A DNA stretch of 63,344 nt, counting the filler, from Choristocarpus tenellus KU-1152 (taxonomy: Eukaryota; Protista; Phaeophyceae), in NCBI GenBank assembly GCA_964200185.2. It is 15 parts of 15 records of this genome, joined end to end, with 100 filler letters (N's around TTAATTAATTAA, not from the genome) between each part and the next. Parts side by side here need not be neighbours in the genome. Positions count along the whole stretch, not along the records: positions 24,947 to 33,128 come from CAXNAD020005036.1; positions 33,229 to 36,884 come from CAXNAD020018683.1; positions 36,985 to 39,526 come from CAXNAD020026914.1; positions 39,627 to 45,041 come from CAXNAD020010854.1; 11 more parts are not named here. One strand, 5' to 3'. The position numbers were made by a program, and so were the translations under genes. The notes below the pieces were generated by a model. The model was given only the letters and a program-made list of their open reading frames with translations, was not told the origin of the DNA and did not search any database. Positions 25,742 to 39,874 of the stretch are shown in pieces; positions within the stretch are counted from its first letter, which is position 1; every line of letters begins with the position of its first letter.

Positions 25742-27871
25742 GAATATATCGATCTATACATACATACTATATAGGAAGGTTTTCCTAGAAGACAAGGTCA
25801 TAAAAATTACGTACCTGTGTCTGCCCAACAAGCTGACCTTGTCCTTGCCCACCCAGCTCATACCTGATGCCTTCGGTTTGATTGAATGTCCACGACATTT
25901 TATTTTAAAAAATCTTGTCCGTAAGTATCACGTTTTTTTGTCGTACATCATAGTCGAACAATATCAGCTTCACTATCTTTCGCACTTAATAATTTTCATC
26001 CATCGTATGAGGTACATGTTGTCTCATGTATGTAGTAGTACATGACTCTCCCTGTCCAAGCCAAGGTCGATCCACCCACCTACCATACCTTACTGTGGTC
26101 ACTGACATTTCACATGCGTTGTCATCAACGGAAAAAAAGAAAAACAAGTTAAAGAATACAACAAACATGGCAACGATGAAGTGTGTATTTCTTGCTGTAA
26201 AGTCGTTGGGATACACCATCAACATAAATATATGTGAATTTGAAAACAATAAAACAAGGAACCTATTAAGACAACTAAATATAGTGGAAACTGCTCCTAA
26301 ACTGACCCTATATAAGGGTGGTCTAGAAAGAAGGAAGAGTTTCATGACTCAGCGAAGGTCTATCTAGCCCACCGATCTGTTGCCTCCTCCCTAAACTGTA
26401 CGACCTGCCTGGAGATTGCTATTTTTGCCACGACTGACATGTGTAATCTATTGCAAGCAGGCATGTATTCACTGCTACTCCCTTCTTACTAAGGCCCTTT
26501 GCCTCTTACCACCCTCAACCCACCAATTTATATCATTGTTGTACTGGAGGTGAGTACTTGGCCCCTCTAGACTCCAGTCCAGAGCTATCCAGCAGGTAAT
26601 TAAGAACCTGACACTGTACTGCTTGGGGGATGTAATTTGATACAGAAAGCGGCCATACTCCCTCTCTATAGAGCTTAAAGCACAACCTGAACGCAGGTCA
26701 AAGTGGTGAGGTCTTCCATGCGATAGTTGGATAGAATGTGTCTGGTAGGAAAACCACTTCCTTCGACATATTGACACCTGTATCCACAATCAGGATTTCA
26801 TCCCTTACAAATCAGGTAACCTTAAAAAACCAAGTCTACACGGACCATTGATGTCAATAACTGTTAATTTGTTAAAAGAAACATTTGTGGAGAGCATGTT
26901 TATCCATACTCCTTTGCATAGTCTGTATATCATGCATTGCCGTCATGTCGTAACCTATCGTTTCAGTAAAGAGATTTTCGTGTGTATGTGTGGTACAGAT
27001 CATGGCCAAATGTTTGTTAGTTTGTTTAATTGTGTGTTTGTGTACTTGTTTTTTAAGACTAGTGCCTTTTGGCCAGATCTCGTGGTACCCACATACTCTA
27101 ATCCTTTATATAGGTTGTCCATCTAGTTTAGACAGATCGTTTGTGTGTCATTTGGCCATAGATGGGTATAGTCTATCGTTTTGTGAAGAGATGAGATGAC
27201 TGATAACAGATGTCAGTTAACTTGTTCATGTCCAGCTCTGACTTGGCATCTCGTGTTTATCAGGTTTATCAATCCTTGGAAATAGACTATACATAAATAT
27301 TGGTGGATTTAGATAAATTAATATATATTTTATCTCTCAGCTCTCCTCGTTTGCATGAGTGGACACATGCGGTGGTGAAGAGACCGTATCACCGGGCACA
27401 TTAATACATTATTAGCACTTGTGTGCTAAAGGTGGCTGTTCATTACATCATGTCACGTTTTCATGAAATGGATTTATTGATCATCATGAAATGACTAATC
27501 CCATCCTAAAACAGAAATAATAATAATAATTGAAGATTCAAGTCTACCACCAGGTAAGAGATGGAGACTTCAGGTGAGTCATAAATGTTATTTATATATT
27601 TTTTTTCGTGTGGCATGATTCTCCTGACATGATGTAATGACCATACAGTCCCCTCATATCGGTTTAGGAGAGTTGAGCCATCAACATCGTGCATCCCGAG
27701 TTGTCCACTTGGAATGTTGTAGTTGTCATGAACAATATTCCAATCGAAGTCAGAATTGAGGAAGGAGAATGGGGGCACACATTTGATCTCGTCGTTTGCT
27801 GTGTTGATTTGGTCATATAACACGCGATGTTGTTTTCACGCATCGGAGTGGAGATCAAATCATCGTATAAC

Positions 27872-27996
27872 ACCCAAAACCAGGAAAAGTGCACTTTCAT
27901 TATCCATCCAATGTATGGAACCAAACCACCCAGAAATCGCGATATGAAAAAATTGGTCCCAAATGGACAGCCGCCACCCCTCCAGATACTTTGAGC
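27872..27996 (+). mobile_element. MITE family B, 5'-truncated
   Basis: ACCAGGAAAAGTGCACTTTCATTATCCATCC...CAGATACTTTGAGCC. Confidence 0.85.
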
Positions 27997-28429
27997 CAGC
28001 AATGTCGAATCACAAAAACTAGTCAAACTGTTTCTTGACATCGTATATAGTGTTTGCTCCTCGTATCCCCATTCCGAGTGTATCCTCTGTTTTATACAAG
28101 ATAATAGAGACCCTATATGCTGGCCACATATACCTCTCGCCTCGTCGTAAGGCTGATTGATATACTGATCCCATACTCTCAGAACTTGTAAGCTTGATTG
28201 GTGTGCTGACTACACACCATCAACCTTAGGCTAATAATGTTATACTGATCAGATATTCATTACGTGCCGCCTCGTTTACACTTCATTTTGTATTAATGGA
28301 GTCGTGTAATACAATGGTGCAATAGTACACTAACTGTCACACATGTTTCCCATTTCGCTCCCAGAGCTCACTTTTTGGTTGACCTTGAATTATGTTTACA
28401 TTGCTTCAAGACCGATCAGAAGGGGGGTG

Positions 28430-28950
28430 ATGTGGAAAGCATGTTCATCTATTGTTATACCGTTATTGCCGTATGCCATATACCGTTATACCGATTGAGG
28501 TTGTGTTCTGAGACTTCGGTTCGACTTTGTGGAGGATATTCGGAGTGATAGATTTCCATGTCTTCCCGCAACGTCTCTTTACGAGCCCGGTTTTCTGAAG
28601 ACGGATCTTCTATCTCTGGAGGGTTTCTTTTCCGAAACCCATCCGAATCGTGATTCTCCCCACTTCCTAAGTTCCCACTTTTTCCTGCAAGTCCTTTCAG
28701 TCTTGCACTTGTGTAACCATAACCTCGTCGTCTCGGTTACGGTTTGTCTTTGTTCGTCTGGTCCGTCTTGCCCGGTGATTCTCTTCGCTACCCTTGAACA
28801 GCCGATTAAAAAAAACAAACATATCGACACTTTATCCCAGTCAATTTTGGGTCAAGCCCATCCTCAATGAAAAGCTCCATCCTCAATTTTTGAAATCGGC
28901 TGTTCTTGCCTGAGTGAACCACGCCGCCACAGAATCACACGATTCACACA
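28430..28950 (-). repeat. Dispersed repeat homologous to 60160-60725 (+), probably DNA-transposon internal or subterminal sequence
   Basis: Shared TTGTTATACCGTTATTGCC..ACCGATTGA block and a KRITGQDGPD..RQTVT-encoding block. Confidence 0.7.
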
Positions 28951-31042
28951 TTAAATAATTTTATTCGCACAGATATAAAATAGTTTCATGTTGTCTGATT
29001 TCAATTTGTCTATTAACTTTATATTTCTACACCAAAACTTGAAAAAACATATTCTTTTGATTTAATTTATTCCATTCCAAACCAAATTAAAAACAATGCA
29101 AAGAAGAAATGATTTTTCCATTTTCTTTTCCTCAAATGATTTGTCAGCAATCTCTTAGCTTCTTCCGTGGAAAAACGTTTTTAGTTGATTTTTGAGATTT
29201 ATCGATATTTCGTTGTTTTTTTTCTATAAAATTTTGTAAATAACTAAATTTTATAGAGGTGAGTTTATTTGATCTTGTTTACTTCATAAACTCTCACTTT
29301 TGAAGTACCCAGAAAATTTGTGTGTGCACAAGTTTTTATTTCCCCTATTTCATAATTTCGTGTTCTGAACGGTGACTGACTGGAGTTACTAGATAAGGCA
29401 TTATTTATATTATATTGATAGTGGTAGAGTAACTGATAGACTAGTGGTTTTCACACTTACAGTGTTTTATGGTGTTTTCACATTTATTATATTTTATTTC
29501 CTTAGGGCTTATACTGACACATCTGCAAAGTGTCAGAGGGCATAATAATATATTATATTGAAGTGGTGGCTGGGTCCCAAACAAATGTAACCACGTTATT
29601 ATTTCTGATGTTACTTCAAAAGTTTGGTTACGACAATAGAACAACGATAAAAGGTTCCAATTGTAAACCTCTGTTAGTTTTGATGTAGTATCTTGATCTT
29701 CTGAGTTAATTGAAGAATAGTAGGTAGGTGCAGTAAAAAATAAACGAGATGCAATTTTTAGACAGAAACCTCCATCATAAGTGAGCTTATAAAGGGCCTT
29801 AAGTGTTGGAAATGGCATTCATTATCGTTATACGATGAACATATAAGCCACTGATGTTGCAGAGTGAACTACGAATTGACAGTATACACGCAATGTCTCA
29901 CTACCTAGTAACTATTAATATAGAGTAAGAGCCGACCAATATTTACGTACCACTTCAGTATCGTATTTTGGACAAAATCATCCAGGATCAGGGTCTTCAT
30001 TGATTCAAACGGTTTCCACAACCACCACAACAACTACTATTCTTCTGCTGCTGCTATTGTTGAGACAAGACAGAAGTATCAAATTGATGTAGTAGACAGA
30101 TTCATCCAGAGGGTAGTCTGCTGGGGGTTTGCACATTTGTTAGGTCAAGCCCTTGTCTCAACGAGAAGCCATTGTTCTCTTTACACTCACCAAATTTTGA
30201 CACCCATGCAAATATATGATAATCGAGTGAAAGTGTGTACCCACATACTGACCGTATTGGTTGGGATGAGCGGTGGGTATGGCTATGTTAGATGCAGTGT
30301 CGACATATGGTGTCTGTGTTTTGTGCATGGAACGATCTCTATATCACTTCCATGTCACTTGCACTTCTCTTGTTGAGAAAATCCAGGTTGTGAACCTGAC
30401 GTTTTGCTGTATTGTGTACAGACATTAATTGCTTCTACAATCATTTCCCTCTAGTTGATTGCACTAAAAAAAACCTTCTGTGTAGCACTCCTGGGTACAT
30501 GAATTCAAGTCTTGTGCTATTCAGAGAGGGGTGTTTAGAGTGTCCAATAGGAAGATGCGCACATGGAGTACTTAGTCCGTATCTTGATGGGACTATGTTT
30601 GTTTGAATTGCAGGCAGAAGGGAGGATTCATGATAAGTTCGAAGGGAACTAGTAGAAGATGTATACATTCCATATTGGATGGAACAGGTGACTAATATTT
30701 GTGTAGGAGCAAATAGTTGATATAGAAGTCACCAATCACAACATGTAATCCTTTTGATTTCCATCCAGTCCTTCCTCACGTCTACAACTCAGAAATCTGA
30801 ACACCAATAAGACCCGACCTTAAGAACTTTGAGTATGGTGAGCGGAGTATGATCCTCCTATTTTACGAATTCAAGAATGTGGTTGGATTATCGTTTTGTA
30901 CTTCAGCACAGTATCAGCAAAAAGGTGTTTGAATTATCGTTCTGTACTTCAGCACAGTATCAGCAAGAAGGTGATATGCTAGACTCCAAGCACATTCTGC
31001 GTACTGTGACAACAAACACTACACATAGTCCATGGTGCGACT

Positions 31043-31302
31043 GAGTGGAAGTATCTTAAAGGGTTGATCCGCGTCCATTTCGGGGCGAAAATCCAATGTT
31101 GTAATTTTGATGTAATTTTGGCTATCATGTTTGTTAGGAGATGTCAATATCCTTATTCCGGACATACCGTTTCATAATTGTATACATTTAACCTACTCCG
31201 AAACGTTTCGGAGTAGGTTAAATGTCATTAAAACACCGTGGGAAGTCAATCTCCAAATGGACAAATAGGGCAAAAATCGTACCCTGTAAGATACTTTCAC
31301 TC
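31043..31302 (+). mobile_element. MITE family A copy with a perfect internal 42-bp palindrome
   Basis: 3-bp TSD ACT; ACATTTAACCTACTCCGAAACGTTTCGGAGTAGGTTAAATGT at 31184-31225. Confidence 0.92.
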
Positions 31303-31941
31303 ACTAGTACACAACTAGCTAGCCTACTATTCCTGCAGTTTCACGCCGGCCTAACTTTAGTCATGTCTTTTTGTTGTGGAGCAGCCTAATGCTATGAAGT
31401 CCTACCCCCAGGCAGGTAAAATCATTCTGCTGACAATTTCGACCAATATACGTAGTACTCAATCTAAAAGTTGACACCATAACATATATAGTTGAGTGAG
31501 ATGTGCGTTGACTCGATTCTCCATAAGTGCTATTAAGTAGTTCACAGTCACAGTAGACTACCTAAGGAGCAACACGAATCATGGCTGTGCTCTCCTCCAT
31601 GCTTATGCGGAAAAAAGGATAACACCATCACTGTATCAAAGGGGCATGACAAAACTAGGTTGAAAATATGGTCCATTCCTCAACTGTGAGAGGACATGTA
31701 TGGGAATGGCCTCTAAATGAACTAAAGAGTCACTCCCCCTGTTGATGTACACGGACACATAGTACAGTAACGCCTTCACCACCACATCACATCACAACCC
31801 ATGGACAAAACTAGAGGAAACATGCATAGTCGACACACCTAGACCATCCACCTTGGTTTGTTACGATCATGCAACCTCACCAGGCTGGCCCACAAGTATG
31901 TATGACCTTGCACGTAGGATAGCCCATGTATATCTCCGACT

Positions 31942-32118
31942 GGCTCATAGTATCTGGGGGGGGGGGTGGTTTACACCAGGGTCTCCATTCGGACCATGAC
32001 CAGGAGAAGTGCACTTACATTATCAATCCGACTCATGCAACGAAATTCACACAAAACCGCGACATGGAAAAATGGGTCCCTAATGGACAGTCACCACCCC
32101 CTCCAGATACTTTGAGCC
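31942..32118 (+). mobile_element. MITE family B full copy
   Basis: GGCTCATAGTATCTGGGG..CAGATACTTTGAGCC, TSD ACT. Confidence 0.92.
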
Positions 32119-32194
32119 ACTTGCAGTGTTCATGGAGCAAAATGTGACACCAGTGACACAACAAACGTATGCAATTTAGAGTAGACACACAATA

Positions 32195-32375
32195 AACTCA
32201 GAGTATCTGGGGGGGGCACGGGGGGGAGGTTTACACCAGGGTGTCCTTTTGGGCCCTGACCAGGAGAAGTGCACTTACATTATTAATCCCACGCATGCTA
32301 CCAAATCAACCAAAAATCGCGACATGGAAAAATGGGCACCAAATACCCACCACCACCCCCTCGATTCTTTGAGCC
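32195..32375 (+). mobile_element. MITE family B full copy, adjacent to the previous one
   Basis: AACTCAGAGTATCTGGGG..GATTCTTTGAGCC, TSD ATA. Confidence 0.88.
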
Positions 32376-34872
32376 ATAATATCAGCATGTGTACGTCGAG
32401 AACCATATTGTGAGTATGGTTGCAACGAATGCGCTTTGTAGCGACCTTGGACCAGGACATCCATGACTATTCTAAGGTACACAAACAAAAAGTATATGCA
32501 AAGGAGTACTACAGACAGAATAGTGGGATAATGACAGAGATCAAAACCTTCTACCAAGAGACGAAGAATATTACTAACATATCTTCTACAGTGCACTATC
32601 TGGACCATACATAAATGGACACCTTACAGCAATTTCAAGTACGAGTCAAATATTTCAAATCCACCTCTTTCTGTTGCATTACAGAGTAGTACTTTGGAGT
32701 ACGTGTCAAAATTTCAGCATCTATCTAAATCCTCCCCATGCACCCCCCTCCATTCCTCATCCCTCCATCTTCCTCTCCTCCTCTCCCTATCCCTCCCCCT
32801 TCACCTCACCTACATCCTTTGACCTCCCCGTCACTTCACAGGCCAGGGCAATAGACATGAACAGGTTCTAGGGTTTCTCCAGACCCAGGCCGTTGAGAAG
32901 GCATAGGGTCAACGCCAGGCAGCAGCATTATCACTGCCTCCACTGCACCCTGGCACACACCAACACCGCACAGCTCTTTCAGGAATCCCTCCGCAAAGAT
33001 CTCCCTTGGCATCTTCTTTCCCTCAATCATGGCCTCACGCTGCAAGATGAAGAAATATACCCCAAAGGGACTGGTTCAGGTGTAGCACTAGGGTCAACGT
33101 ATCGGGGGGGGGGGTGTCGGCGTCCGTTNNNNNNNNNNNNNNNNNNNNNNNNNNNNNNNNNNNNNNNNNNNNTTAATTAATTAANNNNNNNNNNNNNNNN
33201 NNNNNNNNNNNNNNNNNNNNNNNNNNNNACTCAGGAAGAAAGGCACTTTTCGCGAGATATTTTTCGCGCGCGCCAAACTCGGGTGAATATATCTGGGATT
33301 TTGTGCCAAATCGCCCGAATATGAGAATTCCGGTACAAAATCCTATTTTTTAGCATGTCGAAAAAAGCGGTACAAAATTGTATATTTTTCGATTTGGTTC
33401 ATAATTTTGGGCGCAAAATAGGGGTACCTACTTTGAAGTACAAACTGTGTATCGCTAGTTTTTATAATTATTCCACGTAGAACAGTATAACGTACTAGTA
33501 TGTAGTAGTTGAGTAGGTAGTAGAACTACGTAGAACAGTATATTGTACTAGTATGTAGTAGTTGAGTATGTAGTATTATGTGTATCATTATGTAGTAGTA
33601 ATTTGTATGTTTTATGAACAATATGTTATTATTACAACTCAAGTATTATTATATTTATACTAGATATTATGTATATTATTTATGAAAATCTATGGAGGAG
33701 TGGTGTTTTAGGGAGAAATGGAGTGGCGATCGATTTTTTCTGGGCGTGTTTTAAACCCAGTGTACTGCAGTTGAGGACAGTGCTGTGCAATAAGGTGCGA
33801 CTCCATTCTAAAAATACAGATTTGGAAATGATGGTACTGGTGTATTAAAGTGATACTGGTCTCACGATGGATGCACTAGTTCAATGGGTACGGAGGTAGG
33901 TACGTAGGTACAATATTGTATATTGTCAATCACCTTTTGCTTTCTAATAAATGTGGACCGGAGGAAAGACTAATCAGAAATTGGAAGGATAAGTATTAAT
34001 TATGATCGGTGAAGCCAACACCAACATTTGCCTCTAAACCAACTTCAGCCACCCATTCCAATAATGATTTATGTTACGTAGGATATTTTTCCTTCCGACT
34101 TCTCTTAAGTCCTTCCTCACACGTACATAATTCACAAAATCCAAACGTCATTTTAAGACCTATCACACAAATTGTCACGTACATACACCCCTTCCCTTCT
34201 AACTCCCAACCAAAACTAACTTCCACCTTGTACGGTCCAACAATATTATGTTAAGACCTTCCTACTCCTACTGGGTTGGTGGCTAGCTCGTAATTTAGTT
34301 TTTTATGTTGTTTGGCAGGCCCTAGCCTGTGTATGATGCTCTTACTACTACTCCGAAATTTTCAATATTCTGCTTGTTGGCTATTTTATTTATAGGTCAA
34401 AGTAAATCGTAGACCCTACAGTACATACATGTAGGTACACAATATGTATGTTTTTATAGCTTGATCATCAAACCTGGACAGGCAGGGACAGACCCCCCCC
34501 TGACACAGCCCACCCTTCCACTCAGATACAGCCCCCACCAATGCGCATTCTTCTTGACACCATGGCTGATAGTGGAGCTTCTTCTCTTTTTTTCACCGCA
34601 ACACAGACCACACAGCTTCCCCTTATGCCCTTCCTCCTGTTGCTGATGCTTCAGCACTGTGGCTGCATAGGGCGGACGTTCTCCTCCTCTTTGCTTTCCC
34701 CCCCATTATGGTTATTGCAAGTGAGGCACAGGAAGGTGTAACTTATAGGGTTTTTGCTGAACAGCGCGGTCAGTCCCAAACAGTTAGTCTGAACCCATGT
34801 AACTCTGGAGACGGATGTAATTCTGTTGACAAACCGTGAAGAAATTATTGCAGTGCGAGGTGCAGGAACAAA

Positions 34873-35131
34873 GAGTGAAAGTATCTTAGAAGGTACGAGC
34901 TTTGCCCTGTTTGTCCGTTTGGGGCTTGGTTTCCCATTGGTTATTTTATGACATTTTCCTATTCCGAAATATTTCAGAGTAGGTAAAATGTGTACGTTAT
35001 GAAAAGGTGCGTCCGGAACAGGGATATTGACACTTCCTAACAAACCCAATGACCATTTTTTCATCAAAATCGCAACATTGGATTTTGACCCCCAATTGGA
35101 AGCGGCTCTACCCTCTAAGATACTTTGGATC
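34873..35131 (-). mobile_element. MITE family A copy
   Basis: GAGTGAAAGTATCTTAGA..TCTAAGATACTTTGGATC, TSD AAA. Confidence 0.92.
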
Positions 35132-35963
35132 AAAGCATACAAGAAGAGGTTGTTGCAAGAGACACCCAGGAAATAAGGAAATGGCATCTTTACCACACTT
35201 CAGTTTGAGGCACAGATACAAACGCAGCAACAAAAATAGAGTGCAGCCCACACTCCCAATGCGGTTGCTCAGATCTCGCAGGTCCTTACCCCCATGCACC
35301 CACATAGAACTCCAAGGACACACAAGTTCAACTGGCAGGAAGTAGGTTGCAAGAGTAAGGTTTGTCCTGACAATTGCCTACAAACTCACATTGTGAGTGA
35401 CCTCCCCATACTGGAAGAAACAAGTATAAACAGAGGGGCAAGCAGTACCGGACTACTAACAAACATCCGTTGCCAAGGATACCAAGTGCAAACCAAGCCA
35501 AATATCCTCAAGGGTTACTCATTTGGCCTGGATGTGGCATCATATGAAAACGAGGGCAAGCAAATCCCCAAATGATGCCTCCTCTGCAACAGACTGCATA
35601 TTCACACTACGCAGTATAGGTAGAACTCATGCGTGGCAGGAACCATGCATGCGGGTGCCACCAGGTTTCTCCTCGTGTACTGTGAACATATATCTTCAGT
35701 GAGTGGGTAAAAGCAAGGGTTGGGGAAATCAACATTGTTGAAGTCACTTTGTAGGTACATGAGGGAATCTTGATGTCCTCTGGCTCTGATCAATTCATTG
35801 TATATACATGCATGATACTATTTTACGTATGTACTAGAGTAATAGTTGTAGTTTTGGTGAGTATGAGAGTGCCTTTGCTTCACATTTGCTTTCAACCATG
35901 TCCTTGCTAACATCATGACTTAGAATGGCCCCTCTATATAAGTTTTGCATACATACATCCCAG

Positions 35964-36170
35964 GTGAATCAATCAGATAATCCTTGTATCTCTTTCATGT
36001 TGGACTTCTAGACTGTGATTCATCCCTCATCGCTATCAAACTGTGCACTCTACGACTGTGGAACGACATCAAGTTCATCTACAACAACTGCTCCAACAAT
36101 ACACCCAAGGACGGGTAGAACTTGGACGCCTTGCATCCTGAGAGTCCAATCCAGCTGCAGCCTGCCACGT
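35964..36170 (+). pseudogene. Decayed bromodomain-like exon
   Basis: Read across frameshifts: cag|VNQSDNP..MLDF*TV..HRYQTV..LWNDIKFIYNNC..TPKD..DALH.E, resembling bromodomain PMDL.TI..Y.T...DI.LI..NC..YN. Confidence 0.4.
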
Positions 36171-39089
36171 GAAAGGGCTGCAGTCACCAGACACACGCGA
36201 CAACTCCTGTGGAGCCTCTGGGTTGATTGGCGATTTGTCTATTTACGTGTTGCTAACAGGTGTAGGAAACTTGATATGATTTTTGAAGAAACTACATGTG
36301 AGTGGATATACACCCCTTCTGAACTAATTGTTATTCTTGATTCTATACCTGATACATGTTTTTTTTCTTGGGGACTTCTGACTGTTGGGTCTTACGCGTT
36401 TTTATGTCACTTTCATTTTATGTATGTCATGCATTATGTATCTATTCTTGTTGCTTCTTTTTTCTTTTTTCTTTTTTGTAAACTATTGTCTGTTACATTC
36501 TCAGTGTGTCTCTCTCTGCATCTTGTCGGACATCATAATAGATATATTTATCATTCTTCATTTTTGTTGGTATCTTTTGCATTACCTTTCTGACCATGGG
36601 TTCGAGCAGCATGTAGTATGTTGGTCTTCTTGTCCACGACAACATGTACCAAATGTTTTCAACTATTCTTTGATAATTAATAATCAATCAAGCATACCAT
36701 CCCACAGATCCAATAGCACCACATTTTCACCCTGTCATACCATATAATTCGCAACTAATTCCAACTCAAGTGAAGATTATGACACTGTTAAGTGTAAACC
36801 TACGACCTCTACCATGCATTTTCACCCCTTCACATAAATTAAACCAAAAGGCTCAAAGTATCTGGGGGGGGGGGGGGGGGGCGGNNNNNNNNNNNNNNNN
36901 NNNNNNNNNNNNNNNNNNNNNNNNNNNNTTAATTAATTAANNNNNNNNNNNNNNNNNNNNNNNNNNNNNNNNNNNNNNNNNNNNGGGGGGAGTGGAAAAT
37001 GGACACAGCGAATAATTGATCAAGGTAAGGGTGTGCAGGGTCGTCGTTGGTGTTTGTGGACGTATGGCGGTGAACGAAATCATTGCATTGACTCAAAGAA
37101 ATGTGCGTGAACAAGTGGTGTACGATCGATTACTATACATTGTTTAGGCTATCAACTCCTTCAAGTGGCGCACATACTCCAAGCAGGTCGCAGGCCGATG
37201 CAATTGGAAGGGAGGTAATTTACGGCGATGCAGATCTGTACGTACAGAGGTGCAAGGGCGCCTGCTTACAATCCGAATGTAGTTCGCTTCGTCTCCGACA
37301 GGAACGTTGTCCAGGTTGGACACGAAAAATGTTTCCATACCACTTGACGGTTGGATCAGGCGGCAAGTGAGTGAGAAAACCATACCACGATAAAGGGTGC
37401 ATTATTGAGTACACAATATCGGCGCGCTAGGGCTTCAAATCCGGTGGTACCCAGAGCCACTGGGGTGGGTTATATTAGATTTAGGGGAGGGGGAAATGTG
37501 TGGCCATAGAGCCCCATTGTTTATTATCAACAGAGCCGACGCCCGTTTCTACGAAGGAAGGTCATGTGTTTGGACAGGCATGGTGGAATTAATTGCACAA
37601 AGGAAGGTCTTAGTTGGACAGGCATGTCAGAATTAATTGCACCTCGATGATCGGCGATACCACAAGCTCGATAGAGTTCATAATTTAGAAGTGATTGGAC
37701 ATGTACATGTAGACAATCATCTTCATACCTATTATAAAGTGAAAGAAAGATGATAGATTCCACAAACTAATGGATTTTCCTTTGGTCGTATCCACAAAGA
37801 GGAGAGTGTATGACTTCTTTTTTACGACCACTCATACTTTTTGGAGATGGTTTCAGTCCTGGAAGAAATTTAAGTCCGAATGTACTTAGATATTATTTAA
37901 GCTGCCATGACAAGATTGACATTTTGAAATGTTCCCTTGGTTGAGAACCCTCACAATTCAAAACTCGCATCTTGACAACATCTCACAATTCAGAACACAC
38001 ATGTTGACAACATTTATACACATGTACAACTACTACGGTTGTTAGATCGTCTATATTGAAAATATTTTTTGTCGTAAAAAAAGGATTTGTGTTTCGCCCG
38101 AACCTATCCTCGTGGGAAACTGTCAGGCGGTTTTGACTCTGATGGGCGCGTGGATATATCGTCTTTTCCTTTGTGAGTGAAGTGAACACACGTATCAAAC
38201 TCCTACTACGCTCTCGCGCCTTGTTGATTGTGAACTGGGGTGAACAATATTGCTCTCCTATTGTAATCCAGAGACGTATATACATCTGTGTAGAAACTTA
38301 CCACATATGTGACAGCTTAAGAGGGGGGGAGTGGTAGAGATTCAAAAAGAACAGAACATCCCTACCACATTACCCCCGAGAGGGGAGTAGCAACGCATTG
38401 GGTGGGAAGAAACAAGGCAATTGTTTGCAAAGACGTAGCATGCGGAAACGTGTGTGCTGCACTTTTGAAAAAAACAAAAGTTGCGCCAAGAGCTTCCTGC
38501 CTTCGAGGTTCGGGTTGCTGTCGTAAACAGACCACCACAAACCACCCTTCGAGTCCCAGGTGTGTTTGATATAATAAATACACTTTCTTCCAATCTATTT
38601 GTTACGCTTTACTCGTATAGCGTGGCCCCAGCTCCCGTCCTGATTTACATTTAAAATATTAAGAAGGGGGGAAAACATAAATCCTAAATCTTTGGATCCA
38701 CCATATATCGGGACCTCCTGCATGCTTCAGGGAGCCCTGTGCATGTATCACCCTTTCCTATTGGCTTGTGAGACAGAAGCTATATATCCTGTGCGTGGGG
38801 TTTCATCTTTTTGGAGCTTGCTGGAACGTGGAGGTGTCCCACACATTTGTCCCTTCAAACTTGGACGTACGACCCAGCACTTCGCCTCGGCGCTTCAAGA
38901 TGTTCGTGGCTACCCGCTACAGATCAGATATCATCCTGCATTTGTTTCGCTGTATCTCCTTCCATGGTTTTCAGTGCTTTCTGCGATGCTACAGTGTTTT
39001 CTTCGTTCAGCGTTTATTGTCTCCTCGGAATGTCTTTCAGCGCGCGTAAATGTATCTTGTTAGAGGGGGGGGGTAGAGAGCTGCGTCCA

Positions 39090-39354
39090 GAGTGAAAGTA
39101 TCTTAGAGAGGGTACGAGTTTTGCCCGTTCGTCCATTTGCGGCTTGGCTTTCCACGGGTTTTTTTATGACATTTTCCTACTCCAAAACGTTTCGAAGTAG
39201 TAAAATGTGTTTGTTAGTTATGAAAACTGGTGTGTCCGGAACAAGGATATTGACTCTTTCCTAACAAACACGATAGCCAAAATGACATCAAATCGCAACA
39301 TTGGATTTTGACCCCCAAATGGACACAGCTCTACCCTCTAAGATACTTTGACTC
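39090..39354 (-). mobile_element. MITE family A copy nested in the left end of an older A copy
   Basis: TSD TCCA. The left flank GTATCTTGTTAGAGGG..GTAGAG..GCGTCCA is itself an A terminus. Confidence 0.88.
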
Positions 39355-39402
39355 TCCATCTCGGTGCCTCAACATGTATCCCTCTCTCTGGGTGGCTGCA
39401 AA

Positions 39403-39526
39403 AAAGTGAAAGTATCTTAGAGGGTACGAGTTTTGCCCTGCTTGTCCATTTGGAGCTTGACTTTGTTGAAACCTGAATCGAATGCATTGTATATGATACA
39501 TAGACTACGAAGGAAGAGGAATCATG
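39403..39526. mobile_element. Partial MITE A interrupted at about 39464 by a Copia LTR end (TGTTGAAACCTGAA)
   Basis: Same 14-nt LTR terminus as at 44253. Confidence 0.6.
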
Positions 39527-39874
39527 NNNNNNNNNNNNNNNNNNNNNNNNNNNNNNNNNNNNNNNNNNNNTTAATTAATTAANNNNNNNNNNNNNNNNNN
39601 NNNNNNNNNNNNNNNNNNNNNNNNNNGTGCGACCAAATCACACCAAAAAGTGAAAATCGAAAAAAAGGTGAAAAAAGGACGCCGACACCCCCCCCGCAGA
39701 TACTTTGATCCAATCTGGGGTTATTTCGTCATAACTTTTGATGTAGGCTTCGTTTTTTCGCCATTTGTAAAAAAAGATCGGTCATATTGGGGTTCGAACC
39801 CCGGATTATAGGCCACCAACAGTGGCAACAGATACACTATTACTTGATTAAAGTATAGGGTCTTGGACGGGAAA

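Noticed and set aside
30888-33580. Short two-copy direct repeats (30888-30973, 33476-33575)
   Set aside because: Ordinary local tandem duplications with no further structure.
35700-35760. Walker A-like G*KQGLGKSTLLKSL on the + strand
   Set aside because: There is an in-frame stop within the motif, no preceding hydrophobic strand and no Walker B; probably chance.
36985-39050. Several 60-120 aa ORFs as viral or host genes
   Set aside because: Interrupted by stops, with no recognisable motif or splice structure.
39815-39850. Resemblance to U2 snRNA (ATCAAGT..TAG..TATCTGTT on the minus strand)
   Set aside because: It needs gaps and has no flanking U2 similarity.
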